A DNA stretch of 64,000 nt from Bacteroidales bacterium (lineage in GTDB: Bacteria > Bacteroidota > Bacteroidia > Bacteroidales > WCHB1-69). Each line of letters starts with the position of its first letter. Position 1 is the stretch's first letter. A program made the translations under genes and the position numbers. The notes beneath the pieces were generated by a model. The model was not told the origin of the DNA. It saw only the letters and a program-made list of their open reading frames with translations, and ran no database searches. The stretch is taken from contig JAEEQE010000003.1 of NCBI GenBank assembly GCA_016285145.1, positions 412 through 64,411 on the forward strand, read 5' to 3'. Below are positions 1 to 10,150 of this stretch, piece after piece.

Positions 1-36
1 CCGTACCGGAAGGTGTGGCTGGAATACCTCCTTTCT
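1..36 (+). rRNA. rrs: 16S rRNA, 3'-terminal fragment (gene continues upstream of the window)
   Basis: CCGTACCGGAAGGTGTGGCTGGAATACCTCCTTTCT matches the conserved helix-45 / CCTCC 3' end of bacterial 16S. It is followed by the classic Ile/Ala spacer tRNAs. Confidence 0.85.
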
Positions 37-107
37 GGAGCGGTCTCATCACAACTTGAGAATCTCTTCCCTGGGTGTTTGCTATATTCATTCTTTATTT
101 ATATAAT

Positions 108-181
108 AGTCGCGTAGCTCAGTTGGTTAGAGCACTACACTGATAATGTAGGGGTCGGCAGTTCAAGTCTGCCCGGGACTA
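108..181 (+). tRNA. tRNA-Ile (anticodon GAT)
   Basis: Cloverleaf with anticodon arm CTACA-CTGATAA-TGTAG and T-arm GGCAG-TTCAAGT-CTGCC. The acceptor stem AGTCGCG/CGGGACT has an A1-U72 pair and a G5.G68 mismatch. Confidence 0.85.
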
Positions 182-189
182 CGAGCGAA

Positions 190-262
190 GGGGAATTAGC
201 TCAGCTGGTAGAGCACCTGCTTTGCAAGCAGGGGGTCTTCGGTTCGAATCCGTAATTCTCCA
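190..262 (+). tRNA. tRNA-Ala (anticodon TGC)
   Basis: Acceptor GGGGAAT/ATTCTCC carries the G3:U70 Ala identity pair. Anticodon arm is CCTGC-TTTGCAA-GCAGG. The T stem TTCGG/CCGTA has one U.U mismatch. Confidence 0.85.
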
Positions 263-432
263 CTCTCACTTGAAAAAGTGAAACGTTCTTTGACAGTATG
301 GAAAAAGAATTAAGCTTGACATAGAGTCTGCGTGCCTGCTACGGCATGCAGACGTAGAGCGTCCCTTCCCGTTCCGGCGGATGCCGTGGTAAATAGGGGA
401 GGAGGCGCGAGAAAACACGAGTTAAAAAAGAA

Positions 433-1150
<718 letters not shown>

Positions 1151-1186
1151 TGTTTTAAAATAATCGTATTTTTGCACTATAAAAAC
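1151..1186. repeat. 36-bp direct repeat, copy 1 (TGTTTTAAAATAATCGTATTTTTGCACTATAAAAAC)
   Basis: Identical 36-mer at 1371-1406. It contains a TATTTTTG -7-type box. Its last 23 nt match 22/23 the promoter region at 54674-54696. Confidence 0.95.
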
Positions 1187-1370
1187 ACCCACCGACGACC
1201 AAAGGTTTTGCGGCTGGATGTGGAAAGCGGCGGTTGAGGGCTTCCCTATCTTGTCGGCATAGCGTTTGGCTTCCACTTCGATGGCGAACGGGAGGAAGCA
1301 ATGTATGATGTCAGCCCATTCAACGGCTTTCTGAATGGTCTTTTTTTCATTATAGGCAAAGTTGAAGTTG

Positions 1371-1406
1371 TGTTTTAAAATAATCGTATTTTTGCACTAT
1401 AAAAAC
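1371..1406. repeat. 36-bp direct repeat, copy 2
   Basis: Perfect copy of 1151-1186, 220 bp downstream. It supplies the last three codons (PFL) and the stop codon of the truncated M13 peptidase ORF. Confidence 0.95.
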
Positions 1407-2887
1407 GGGAAGCAGATCTCGTTGGTGTTCGGCTCATAGTAAGCGTTGACCGTCTGCGGGGTCATCTGCCACTCATCCTTATCGACGAGTTTACCGATTT
1501 TAGCCAACTGGTAAGCGCTCTCAAAGCGGCGCGCACGCACCACATTGGCATAATAGCTGTCGTTCGAGATATTAAGGGCACTGTAGTCTCTCCATTTATC
1601 CGGGTAGCCTATCTTCACGCGGAAGGCTGCCAACTTGTCCAAAGCGTTTCTTTTGGTCACATCGGTCATCCAGGTGGAAGCCTTGATGCGCTCGCCGAGA
1701 GCCCATTGCAGGTTTTTCACCAACTGTTCCATGCGGGCCTTGGCCTCCGCCGGGAAGTAGCTCTTCACATACATCTGGCCGAGCGCTTCTCCCAGACATC
1801 CGTCCACCGTGCCGATGACACGTTTCCAGCGAGGCTTGTTCTCCTGCTTGCCGGAGAGCACCTTGCCGTAAAACTCGAAATCAGCATTCACGAACTCATC
1901 ACTCAGATACGGAGCCGCGGCGTTGATGACATTCCACGCCAGATAGGCACGTATCACCTCCATATCCGCCACCGAAAGAATGTTGTTCAATCCGGCGAAA
2001 TAGGTGGGTTGGGCCACATTCAGCGTGTCAATATTCTTTAAACCCAAGGTTTGCAGATATTCGTTGACATCAATAGCGGGAATCATATTCTGAAAATCCA
2101 GCGGAGTGCATTTGTGGATAGTCTGATAGGGATCGCGGAGCGTAATCTTGTCCACAAAGCAGTTGGCCATCATCGTTTCCAACGCCAGAACGCGCTTGGC
2201 GAGCGTTTTCTCGCGGCCTTGACAATTTGCCAACTGGCTATAACCGGAAATCCGGAACATCTTGGCCATCAAGTTCACATACTCGTCGCGAATATGCTGC
2301 TGATCGGCATCCAGATAATAGTCGCGGTCACCAATGCCGAGGCCGGTCTGCCAAAGGTAAGCGATGGTCATGTCGCTATTGTCGGGATCGGAGGAGCCGA
2401 AAAGGCCGAAGAAGGGGTTCAAACCTTCCAATGACATCGTAGCCAGCTTTTTGGTGATGCCCTCACGATTCAACGAGACAATGTCTTTCAACTCACCTTG
2501 TATGGGCTGAGCGCCCTGTTTTTCCAATTGTACAGTGTCCATTCCAATCTTATACAGGTCGCCAACTTTTTGTTCCACAGTACCCTGTGCATTTTTCTGA
2601 GAGGCGAGTTTCAGCACCAGTTCCTTGAGCTGTTTCTGGTTGTTCTCGGCCAGCACGTCAAAGCTGCCGAAACGGGAATATTCATTGCCCAGCGGGTTGA
2701 GCTTCATCCATCCGCCGCAGGCATACTGGTAGAAATCAACAGTGGGCTTCACGGAATTGTCCAGGTTGGAAGCCACGATACCGGATTTGACTTTTTTGGG
2801 TTTCACTTTTGTGGTCATAGGGGCAGAACTTGAAAAAACGACAAACAAAGCCGCAAGAGACAGCGTCAAAAGGCAACTTCTTTTCAT
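1397..2887 (-). pseudogene. M13 family metallopeptidase (PepO / endothelin-converting-enzyme-like), C-terminally truncated
   Basis: Has a signal peptide and an M13 N-terminal domain. The ORF ends ...NAYYEPNTNEICFPFL*, i.e. inside the conserved NAYYxPxxNEIxFPAxIL block and before the HEXXH catalytic domain. The break coincides with the edge of the 36-bp repeat. Confidence 0.8.
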
Positions 2888-3033
2888 AGAATCTTATTAA
2901 TTATCAATATCTTAAAATAAAAAACTCCCCTCTCTCAAGGGGAGCGCAAATATACACTATTTTTTTGATCCTTTATTCACGATATCCAAAAACATATCTT
3001 CCTCGCCGTTGATGAAGATGCATGTTTTTTTCA

Positions 3034-3041
3034 TACATTTG
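3034..3041 (+). promoter_or_regulatory. Bacteroidota -7 promoter box TACATTTG (TAnnTTTG)
   Basis: Motif lies 50 nt upstream of the ATG at 3091. Confidence 0.5.
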
Positions 3042-3090
3042 CAGGCCGCGTTTGTGATGCGGTGTTTTGTCATCTTTTTTAGTTGTGCTT

Positions 3091-5664
3091 ATGAGGAAAC
3101 TCTTAATTTTTATAGGCTCCTTTTTGTTGTTCATAACCGCCCATGCGCAGTATGACCTTGCCACCACCAGCATCGATCCTGCGGCTGATTCGATGGCTGT
3201 CGCCCGGATGCGACACAAGATGGATTCCATTCGCAAGTACCGTCCCACCGTGGCCGTGGTGTTGGCGGGGGGCGGCGCCAAAGGCGCCGCCCATGTGGGT
3301 GCGCTCGAATACATCGAGGAACTCGGCATCCCCGTTGACATGGTGCTCGGCACCAGCATGGGTGGACTCGTTGGCGGCCTTTACGCCATGGGCTATCCCG
3401 CAGCCCTCATCGACAGCATCCTCGTCAACATGAACTGGGGGGTTATGATGAGTGATTTCGTGCCCACGGAAAAACTCAACTACCGGCGGCGCAAGTTCAA
3501 CGAGACTTACGCCCTGCGCATCCCGCTCTATTACGAAAACGACAAAAAGTGGCATGGACGTGAAGTCCTGAAAAAATACCAAGAGAGTGTGAAATACGAC
3601 AATAGAGACCAAAACGCCTCTTCCGACATCGGCGAACAGACTCTCCGTCGAGGCATTGTCGCCAACATACCGGAAGGCGTACTCTTTGGATACAATGTCT
3701 ATAACCTGATCAACAGCCTTACGGTCGGCTACCAGGACTCCATGAACTTCTCAGACCTGCCCATCCCCTATTGCTGTGTGGCCACGGACCTCGTGACCTT
3801 GAAGGCCAAGTACTGGACCAGCGGCTGCCTGACGGAGGCGATGCGTTCCACAATGTCCATCCCGCTCTATTTCACGCCGGTACGCAAAAAAGATATGGTG
3901 CTCGTGGACGGTGGCACGCGCAACAATTTCCCGACCGACATGGCCTGCGCCATGGGTGCCGACTACATTATTGGCATTGATTTGAGCCAGCCGAGAGGAT
4001 ATGAAGAGATTAATGGCGTGGGCAAACTGTTGCAACAGAACATCGCGCTCATGGGCAAAGAGGCCTTTGATCACAACAAGCCGCTCGCCAATGTCTATAT
4101 CCACCCCAACATGGATGGCATGAACATGTTCAGCTTCCAAAGCAAAAACATTGTCGAATGCATTCACCGGGGAAAGGATGCCGCAAGACAGCAGGACTCC
4201 AGCCTGCAGATCATCCTGCGAGCCGTGACGCCCGGACTTGCCAAATCGCAAGCGATGAAAGACCAAAAGCAACAGCCTTTGGGTGTGAATATCGCCACAA
4301 AGGACATCCTTGTCGGCAATATTCGTTTCGACGGGATCAGCAGCGAACTCACGGACTTCCTTCTGCGGAACATCGAGTTGGACACAGGCAAACGTTACAA
4401 TCGCGATGATATTGAAAATGCGTTAGCCGTGCTCTATGGTAGCGGCCTCTTCAAGAACGCTTCCTACCGGATCGAAGGCACGCGAGAACCATACACCTTG
4501 GCATTCAAGGGCGAGCGAGGCCCCATCCATCAAGTGGGCGTCGGGCTGCGATTCTCCTCCCGCGATCTGATCTCGCTGGGACTTAATTTCGGTTTCAACA
4601 GCCGCAAACCGTACGGATTCAAAACAGACGTCTCTGCTGTCATAGGGAAGAACCTCAAGGGGAAGATTGACCTCTATTACGTCCCTCGTCGCGGCCCAGC
4701 CTTCGGAATGGACATCAAATCATATTATACCCAATTGAAAATCAGCCCTCTGCACTCCATGATTTCCAATTATATCCTCAACACACTTTACACATACAAC
4801 TACTGGAACAATCAACTGCAACTCTATATCAGAGACAACCAATGGATGCATAACGGGTATTACAAAGGTGGATTTGAACTGAACGTGATGCCGTATGCCT
4901 TGTCCACCGTTTTCTTGAATTTAATGTCAGACGACAACACCGCAAGCAATGCTGGCAATGAATACGATTATTATATGGAGGGCACGGCTTATTTGTACAG
5001 GAATCGTTGGGACAACCACGCCCTTTCCTTTTTCGCAGAGGGAGCGTACGACAATACCGATGACAAATATTTCCCCACTCATGGCTTGGATGTCGGCGGA
5101 CGATATGACTTGGTCTTTCACAGCAGGACCCCGGAAGGCTATATTCTCCGTTACCATAACTTCAACATGCACATCAAGGGAGTCATTCCGGTGGTCAAAC
5201 GCTTTGTTATCATACTTTCCGGGAATTTAACCTCTCTACAGGCCTTGGATTTTTCCAGTTTCAATCGGGAGGTGGCAGCGCATAACGATGTCCATCAGAT
5301 TTTTGTCGGTGGCATACGTGACGGGGAATACATCAACAATCAACTCTCGTTTGTGGGCTATAATGTGCTGCAAGCCGTCTTCGGCAGCAACACCACCACT
5401 GTCGCCAGGATGGATCTGCGTTACCAAATCGGGCGCAAGGATTACATTTCGTTCATAACTTCCCTCTATAAGGCCTACGTCTTGTTCGATAAAAATGGGA
5501 ACCACATACATGGAGTTGACTACATACGGCCCACGGATTACTGTTTTGTCCTCCAGTACGGCCACAAGTCGCTCATCGGGCCGATATTGTTCAACGTACA
5601 CTGGTCGGCCAATGGCCAGCCCGCCCGATGGGGAGTCCATTTGAGCATCGGGTTCGACTTTTAG
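3091..5664 (+). CDS. Patatin-like phospholipase fused to an Omp85/BamA-type outer-membrane beta-barrel (PlpD-like)
   Basis: GGGAKGAAHVG oxyanion motif, GTSMGG serine motif and DGGTRNNFP Asp motif, followed by a long beta-strand-rich C-terminus ending GFDF. The ATG at 3091 gives signal peptide MRKLLIFIGSFLLFITAHAQ; the track start 3067 is a TTG. Confidence 0.8.
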   Translation: MRKLLIFIGSFLLFITAHAQYDLATTSIDPAADSMAVARMRHKMDSIRKYRPTVAVVLAGGGAKGAAHVGALEYIEELGIPVDMVLGTSMGGLVGGLYAMGYPAALIDSILVNMNWGVMMSDFVPTEKLNYRRRKFNETYALRIPLYYENDKKWHGREVLKKYQESVKYDNRDQNASSDIGEQTLRRGIVANIPEGVLFGYNVYNLINSLTVGYQDSMNFSDLPIPYCCVATDLVTLKAKYWTSGCLTEAMRSTMSIPLYFTPVRKKDMVLVDGGTRNNFPTDMACAMGADYIIGIDLSQPRGYEEINGVGKLLQQNIALMGKEAFDHNKPLANVYIHPNMDGMNMFSFQSKNIVECIHRGKDAARQQDSSLQIILRAVTPGLAKSQAMKDQKQQPLGVNIATKDILVGNIRFDGISSELTDFLLRNIELDTGKRYNRDDIENALAVLYGSGLFKNASYRIEGTREPYTLAFKGERGPIHQVGVGLRFSSRDLISLGLNFGFNSRKPYGFKTDVSAVIGKNLKGKIDLYYVPRRGPAFGMDIKSYYTQLKISPLHSMISNYILNTLYTYNYWNNQLQLYIRDNQWMHNGYYKGGFELNVMPYALSTVFLNLMSDDNTASNAGNEYDYYMEGTAYLYRNRWDNHALSFFAEGAYDNTDDKYFPTHGLDVGGRYDLVFHSRTPEGYILRYHNFNMHIKGVIPVVKRFVIILSGNLTSLQALDFSSFNREVAAHNDVHQIFVGGIRDGEYINNQLSFVGYNVLQAVFGSNTTTVARMDLRYQIGRKDYISFITSLYKAYVLFDKNGNHIHGVDYIRPTDYCFVLQYGHKSLIGPILFNVHWSANGQPARWGVHLSIGFDF

Positions 5665-5744
5665 CTGTCAGCGATTCCAAGAAGATACTTTTTTTGCAGA
5701 ATACGGTTCTGATGCCGATGCTGGAAAGTGGACAGACAATACTG

Positions 5745-7901
5745 TTATTCCACCATCACCTTGCGTATGAGGCGGCCTTTTTCGGTAGCCAGTTCCAGAA
5801 GATACAGTCCTGCGGGGAGCGAGGACACGTTCAGACGATAGTGCTGTTCACCCTGCACCGCGGGCCACATCTCCATACGGAGCACCTTGCCCGTGACATC
5901 CGTCAGACGCATTGTCACCGGCAGCGATTCGGGATTGGTGAACGAGACATTCAGCTGGTCGGCGGCCGGGTTAGGATACACCTGCGCGTCACGCACGCCA
6001 TGCTCGTCATCCACGCCAGCAATGGCATAATACTCGAAATTGAAGCCGTCGCCCTGGTCCCAGTTGTCGGCCACAAAATTCACCCGCATCTTGGAAAAGG
6101 GCACGTTATACACGCCATTGGGCATATTGTTCACATCAAAGCGCTTGTACAATGTGGGCGGATTGGTCGTATTGTCATATACATCCACAAAATCCCCGGA
6201 TCCCAGATTGAATTTCGGCAACGTGAAAGCATAACCGCTTATGAAATTCAACGACACATTCCAAGTGCAGTTGGTTTCGGGCGAGTAATCCTTGCCCGTT
6301 GCCGTGCCATCGGAAAGAATTGTATGCCAATCTGTCACATTGGTTATCAAATCACAGGGGGTATAATCTCTCAACTGGCTCTGATAGCTGATGAGGAACC
6401 CATAATAATCCGTGTTCGTGGTCTCATTACCCGTTGTGGTGAAGGTAATCAGCACGCTGTCGGCATACACCGTATAAGAGCTGGTCGGCAACTGATTTCC
6501 GGTGAGCGACACCTTCACGCCGGAGGAGACTTCCGGACCATTATAGATGGTCACGAAGTCCACATTCGGTTTCAGGTCGAGGCGGTCGAAGGAGAACGTG
6601 TAGCCGCTGGCTCCGGGCGTGGCCACAATCCAGGAGCAATCGGGATTCGGCTGGTAGGGTCTTGCCGTCGGCGAGCCATCAGCCACATAGCCGAAGGAGG
6701 CCGTGTTGCGCTGACGCTGCGCACAAGTGCTGGGCGCGATGGCACCTGATGGGAAAATTTTGGTGATGGCTATACAACCTGTATTGAAACTGCTGCCACC
6801 TACGGTGAAATTGTCCATGGCGAAATAGGCGTTTGAACTTCCACCCCACCCCCAATTGATATGGAATCGGTCGTTGTCATCATAGTCATCCAACACAAAT
6901 GCATGTCCATTGGTGCCGTCTGGGGCATGTCCGGAATAGAGAATCGGGCGATGAGCGTCAATTTCCGCCTTCAGTACAGCGATATATTCCGAGACATGTT
7001 CACCCGGATAGGATTCTCTCACATATTTGGTGACGCTCTGGTCGTAGAAGAAGTTCTCGTACAGTCGTTTGGCGGCATCCTCGGTAAAGGCTCCGGATCC
7101 TGTGGCGTTGTATCCCATCTTGATAGACACGCCCACATGGTAGGCGAGTTTGGAAATCTCGTTGGCATACGAGAAGGGTTCATCGCACATGGCGTCCCAG
7201 TTGTAGGTCTGATGGGCATAATTCACACTATGCATCCCATAGCCCTGGGCCACATACATCGAAGCGCCCTGTCCCTGTCTGGGATGCCGATGATAGTTCA
7301 TAATCTGTGCCGTGGCCAAGGCCGTACAGCCGTTGGGCACGCGGTAGTCGTAATACGGACCTGCATCCGCATCCCACGGGCAGTAGGTGTTGTAGAACTT
7401 GTTCTGGTTCCAGCGGGTTGTGAGCAGAGGACCGCGGGTGGGCGTCTTGGACACCTTCGGCACGAACTCGTCGGCCAGATAGCGGGCCCAGTCGGCAGCA
7501 TCGCGCGGAAGCGCACCCACCTTGGCTGCCTCCACGCGACGGGTTTCCATCGCATAGCCGGCAAAGGCACTCTTAACGGGCGGTATCGCTTCGTAGTCAT
7601 CGTCTAACGAATACGCCAGCACCGGCATCACGGACTTGGAAGCGGACACCAGCACAAAACCGTGCGGTACCAAAGAGAATCGGTACAGATAGACCATACC
7701 GTCCGCATCCGTGACGGATTCCTGCAGGGTTGCCGACATGGCGGAAGCCGCCTCCGGGGAGGTCTTCTCGGTCAGGAAACGCTGGCAGACCTTGGCAGCC
7801 TCCTCTGTTGTAACCGATTGTGCCGACAGACTGCCGGCCATGAGAACAAACAGGATGCCGACGCACAAAGCGAGCAGCCCGTTAAGAGAGTGTCTTTTCA
7901 T
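5745..7901 (-). CDS. Peptidase C10 (streptopain/PrtT-like cysteine protease) with T9SS C-terminal sorting domain
   Basis: Signal peptide, catalytic Cys context NGCTALATAQIMNYHRHP and His context GHAFVLDDYD. C-terminal VYPNPAADQLNVSF...GLYLLELATEKG...KVMVE matches a type A T9SS CTD. Confidence 0.8.
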   Translation of the reverse strand: MKRHSLNGLLALCVGILFVLMAGSLSAQSVTTEEAAKVCQRFLTEKTSPEAASAMSATLQESVTDADGMVYLYRFSLVPHGFVLVSASKSVMPVLAYSLDDDYEAIPPVKSAFAGYAMETRRVEAAKVGALPRDAADWARYLADEFVPKVSKTPTRGPLLTTRWNQNKFYNTYCPWDADAGPYYDYRVPNGCTALATAQIMNYHRHPRQGQGASMYVAQGYGMHSVNYAHQTYNWDAMCDEPFSYANEISKLAYHVGVSIKMGYNATGSGAFTEDAAKRLYENFFYDQSVTKYVRESYPGEHVSEYIAVLKAEIDAHRPILYSGHAPDGTNGHAFVLDDYDDNDRFHINWGWGGSSNAYFAMDNFTVGGSSFNTGCIAITKIFPSGAIAPSTCAQRQRNTASFGYVADGSPTARPYQPNPDCSWIVATPGASGYTFSFDRLDLKPNVDFVTIYNGPEVSSGVKVSLTGNQLPTSSYTVYADSVLITFTTTGNETTNTDYYGFLISYQSQLRDYTPCDLITNVTDWHTILSDGTATGKDYSPETNCTWNVSLNFISGYAFTLPKFNLGSGDFVDVYDNTTNPPTLYKRFDVNNMPNGVYNVPFSKMRVNFVADNWDQGDGFNFEYYAIAGVDDEHGVRDAQVYPNPAADQLNVSFTNPESLPVTMRLTDVTGKVLRMEMWPAVQGEQHYRLNVSSLPAGLYLLELATEKGRLIRKVMVE

Positions 7902-7939
7902 CTTTTTACAATATTAATATTAATTACAGCAATAAACTC

Positions 7940-9016
7940 TTACAGACGATCCATGCAGTTGAGATCCTGGAAAGCCACTTTCAAGCGTTCCACCATGGAT
8001 TTCTCGCCCTCGCGCAGGAAGACGCGCGGATCATAGTACTTCTTGTTCGGTTTGTCCTCGCCTTCGGGGTTACCGATCTGGCTTTGCAGATAAGCCTCAT
8101 TCTTCTTATAGTAGTTCATAACGCCCTCCCAGAAAGCCCATTGCGTGTCGGTGTCAATGTTCATCTTGATTACGCCGTAGCTGATGGCTTCCTTGATCTT
8201 GGCCGGTTCAGAACCGGAGCCGCCATGGAACACGAAGTTGACAGGATTCTCCGCCGTGCCATATTTCTCCTGGATGTATTTCTGGGAATTGTGCAGGATG
8301 ATAGGCTCAAGTTTCACATTGCCGGGTTTGTAAACACCGTGCACGTTGCCGAAGGAGGCAGCGATGGTGAAGTTCGGGCTGATCTTGCTCAGTTCCTCAT
8401 AGGCGTAAGCCACATCCTCAGGCTGAGTGTAGAGACGGGCACTGTCAATGCCAGTGTTGTCCACGCCATCCTCCTCGCCACCGGTGATGCCGAGTTCGAT
8501 TTCGAGGGTCATCTCAATCTTTGCCATGCGGGAGAGATACTTCTTGCAGATCTCAATATTCTCTTTCAGAGGCTCTTCCGAAAGGTCCAGCATGTGGGAG
8601 CTGAAGAGCGGTTTGCCGTATTGTGCATAATATTTCTCGCCAGCATCCAAAAGACCGTCAATCCACGGGAGGAGTTTCTTGGCGGCATGGTCGGTATGCA
8701 CCACCACGGGAATGCCGTACATCTCGGCCATACGATGGATGTGCATGGCACCGGAAATGCTACCTTGGATAGCGGCCTGCTGGCCATCATTGCTCAGCGA
8801 TTTGCCAGCGCAGAACACACCGCCGCCGTTCGAGAACTGGATCATCACCGGGGAATTCACTGCCTTGGCGGCCTCCATCACGGCGTTGATGGAATCCGTA
8901 CCCACCACATTCACTGCCGGAAGGGCGAACTTGCCCGCTTTCGCGATCCTGAAAATTTCTTGTAAATCTTTTCCGTAAACCACTCCGGGTTTCACTTTGC
9001 TTAAAATCTTTTCCAT
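7940..9016 (-). CDS. fba: Class II fructose-1,6-bisphosphate aldolase
   Basis: Full-length similarity to FbaA (..ALPAVNVVGTDSINAVMEAAKAVNSPVMIQFSNGG.., HTDHAAKK). Confidence 0.9.
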   Translation of the reverse strand: MEKILSKVKPGVVYGKDLQEIFRIAKAGKFALPAVNVVGTDSINAVMEAAKAVNSPVMIQFSNGGGVFCAGKSLSNDGQQAAIQGSISGAMHIHRMAEMYGIPVVVHTDHAAKKLLPWIDGLLDAGEKYYAQYGKPLFSSHMLDLSEEPLKENIEICKKYLSRMAKIEMTLEIELGITGGEEDGVDNTGIDSARLYTQPEDVAYAYEELSKISPNFTIAASFGNVHGVYKPGNVKLEPIILHNSQKYIQEKYGTAENPVNFVFHGGSGSEPAKIKEAISYGVIKMNIDTDTQWAFWEGVMNYYKKNEAYLQSQIGNPEGEDKPNKKYYDPRVFLREGEKSMVERLKVAFQDLNCMDRL

Positions 9017-9049
9017 GTTTTTTTATTTATTTTATTGTAATTCAAATAA

Positions 9050-9373
9050 TTATCTTTTATGTTTACGTTTCCAAAGCCAACTCACCACCTTGGCTCCCAC
9101 AGACAAGGCCGTCACGAGGCCCGGCTTGTTGGACAAGGCCGAAATCTTGGACAGTCGTGACGACACGTTGTCAGGCACCGTCCGTTTGCGGAGAGTGGCG
9201 ATACTGACGACGCGGTTCCAGAGGCGTTTCAACGTGTCCACATCATCCTGATAGGCATCGAAGTCGCGGCTCAGGCGACTTTCCTGTTTAGCTATCTGCT
9301 TGCGCAGCTGCGCCTTACGAAGGGCAATCTCCTCCAAATTCTGATAAGGCGACGATTTGGTGCGATTAGTCAT
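9050..9373 (-). CDS. Hypothetical coiled-coil protein, third gene of the YtxH/holin-like cluster
   Basis: ORF with ATG at 9373 or 9379 overlapping the upstream stop. No recognisable motif. Confidence 0.45.
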   Translation of the reverse strand: MTNRTKSSPYQNLEEIALRKAQLRKQIAKQESRLSRDFDAYQDDVDTLKRLWNRVVSIATLRKRTVPDNVSSRLSKISALSNKPGLVTALSVGAKVVSWLWKRKHKR

Positions 9374-9806
9374 GGTCATCTCCTTCCTTGTCAAAAATCA
9401 CCTCCACCGGTGTTTGCATTTCTTCCGGTTCCGAGGTTTCCTTTTCGGAAGGGGCATAGAGAATGCGGCTGAACTTCCGGATCAGGGGTTTTACGAATAA
9501 CATATCCTTATAGCGGAGCACCACCAGGATGATAACCACAAACAGGGCGCACACGATGGTGTAGGCCCATCCGGCGTTCAAGGCCAGCGTGAGCCAGCTG
9601 ATCAGCGCGGATGAGAGGTAAATGAGCACCGCCAACGCACACACCACGACGATCAGCATGGACAATATCACCGACAACAGCTGCGCTGACTTCTCCAACA
9701 GTTCGAGTTTGAGCAAATCGTAACGCTGGGACAAGTAAGTCTTCACATCCTTGATTGTCCGAGCGTTACGTGGCGAGTCTTTGGAAAACAGACTGAAGAT
9801 ATCCAT
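9366..9806 (-). CDS. Phage-holin-family-like small membrane protein (Holin-X / superfamily III-like)
   Basis: 146 aa with two long hydrophobic helices. Its position next to a YtxH gene is typical of Bacteroidota. Confidence 0.5.
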   Translation of the reverse strand: MDIFSLFSKDSPRNARTIKDVKTYLSQRYDLLKLELLEKSAQLLSVILSMLIVVVCALAVLIYLSSALISWLTLALNAGWAYTIVCALFVVIILVVLRYKDMLFVKPLIRKFSRILYAPSEKETSEPEEMQTPVEVIFDKEGDDHD

Positions 9807-9817
9807 CTGGCGGGAAA

Positions 9818-10060
9818 TTACGCTTGAACGTCTTCTTCCGCCATGTCATCCAACAGGTCGTCCATCTCCACTTCTTCCTCTGTGGGAGCGGCACATCTCT
9901 TGCTTTTCAGTTTCTCAATGATGCGGTCAATCTCCTCCTTGGTCATTCTCTTGGAGACATTGGTACGGATTTCCTTACCTTTTTCTGTGGTGAACAACAA
10001 GGTTACACCTACTGCGGCTGCAGCACCTGCGGCAAAAGCCAAAATTTCTGTTGCTTTCAT
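9818..10060 (-). CDS. YtxH domain-containing protein
   Basis: 80 aa with an N-terminal Gly/Ala-rich helix (AFAAGAAAAVGVTLLF) followed by a charged helix. Confidence 0.6.
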   Translation of the reverse strand: MKATEILAFAAGAAAAVGVTLLFTTEKGKEIRTNVSKRMTKEEIDRIIEKLKSKRCAAPTEEEVEMDDLLDDMAEEDVQA

Positions 10061-10150
10061 AAATGTGTGTTTTTAAATTGTGATTTGTTATTTGTGATTT
10101 GTAAAATGTATTTAAGATTTTTGAATTAACATCTCTAAACTATAATCTCT

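Noticed and set aside
1151-1406. The 36-bp perfect repeat could be a minimal CRISPR array
   Set aside because: There are only two copies, the 'spacer' is 184 bp, the repeat has no internal palindrome, and no cas genes are present. The repeat looks like a promoter sequence.
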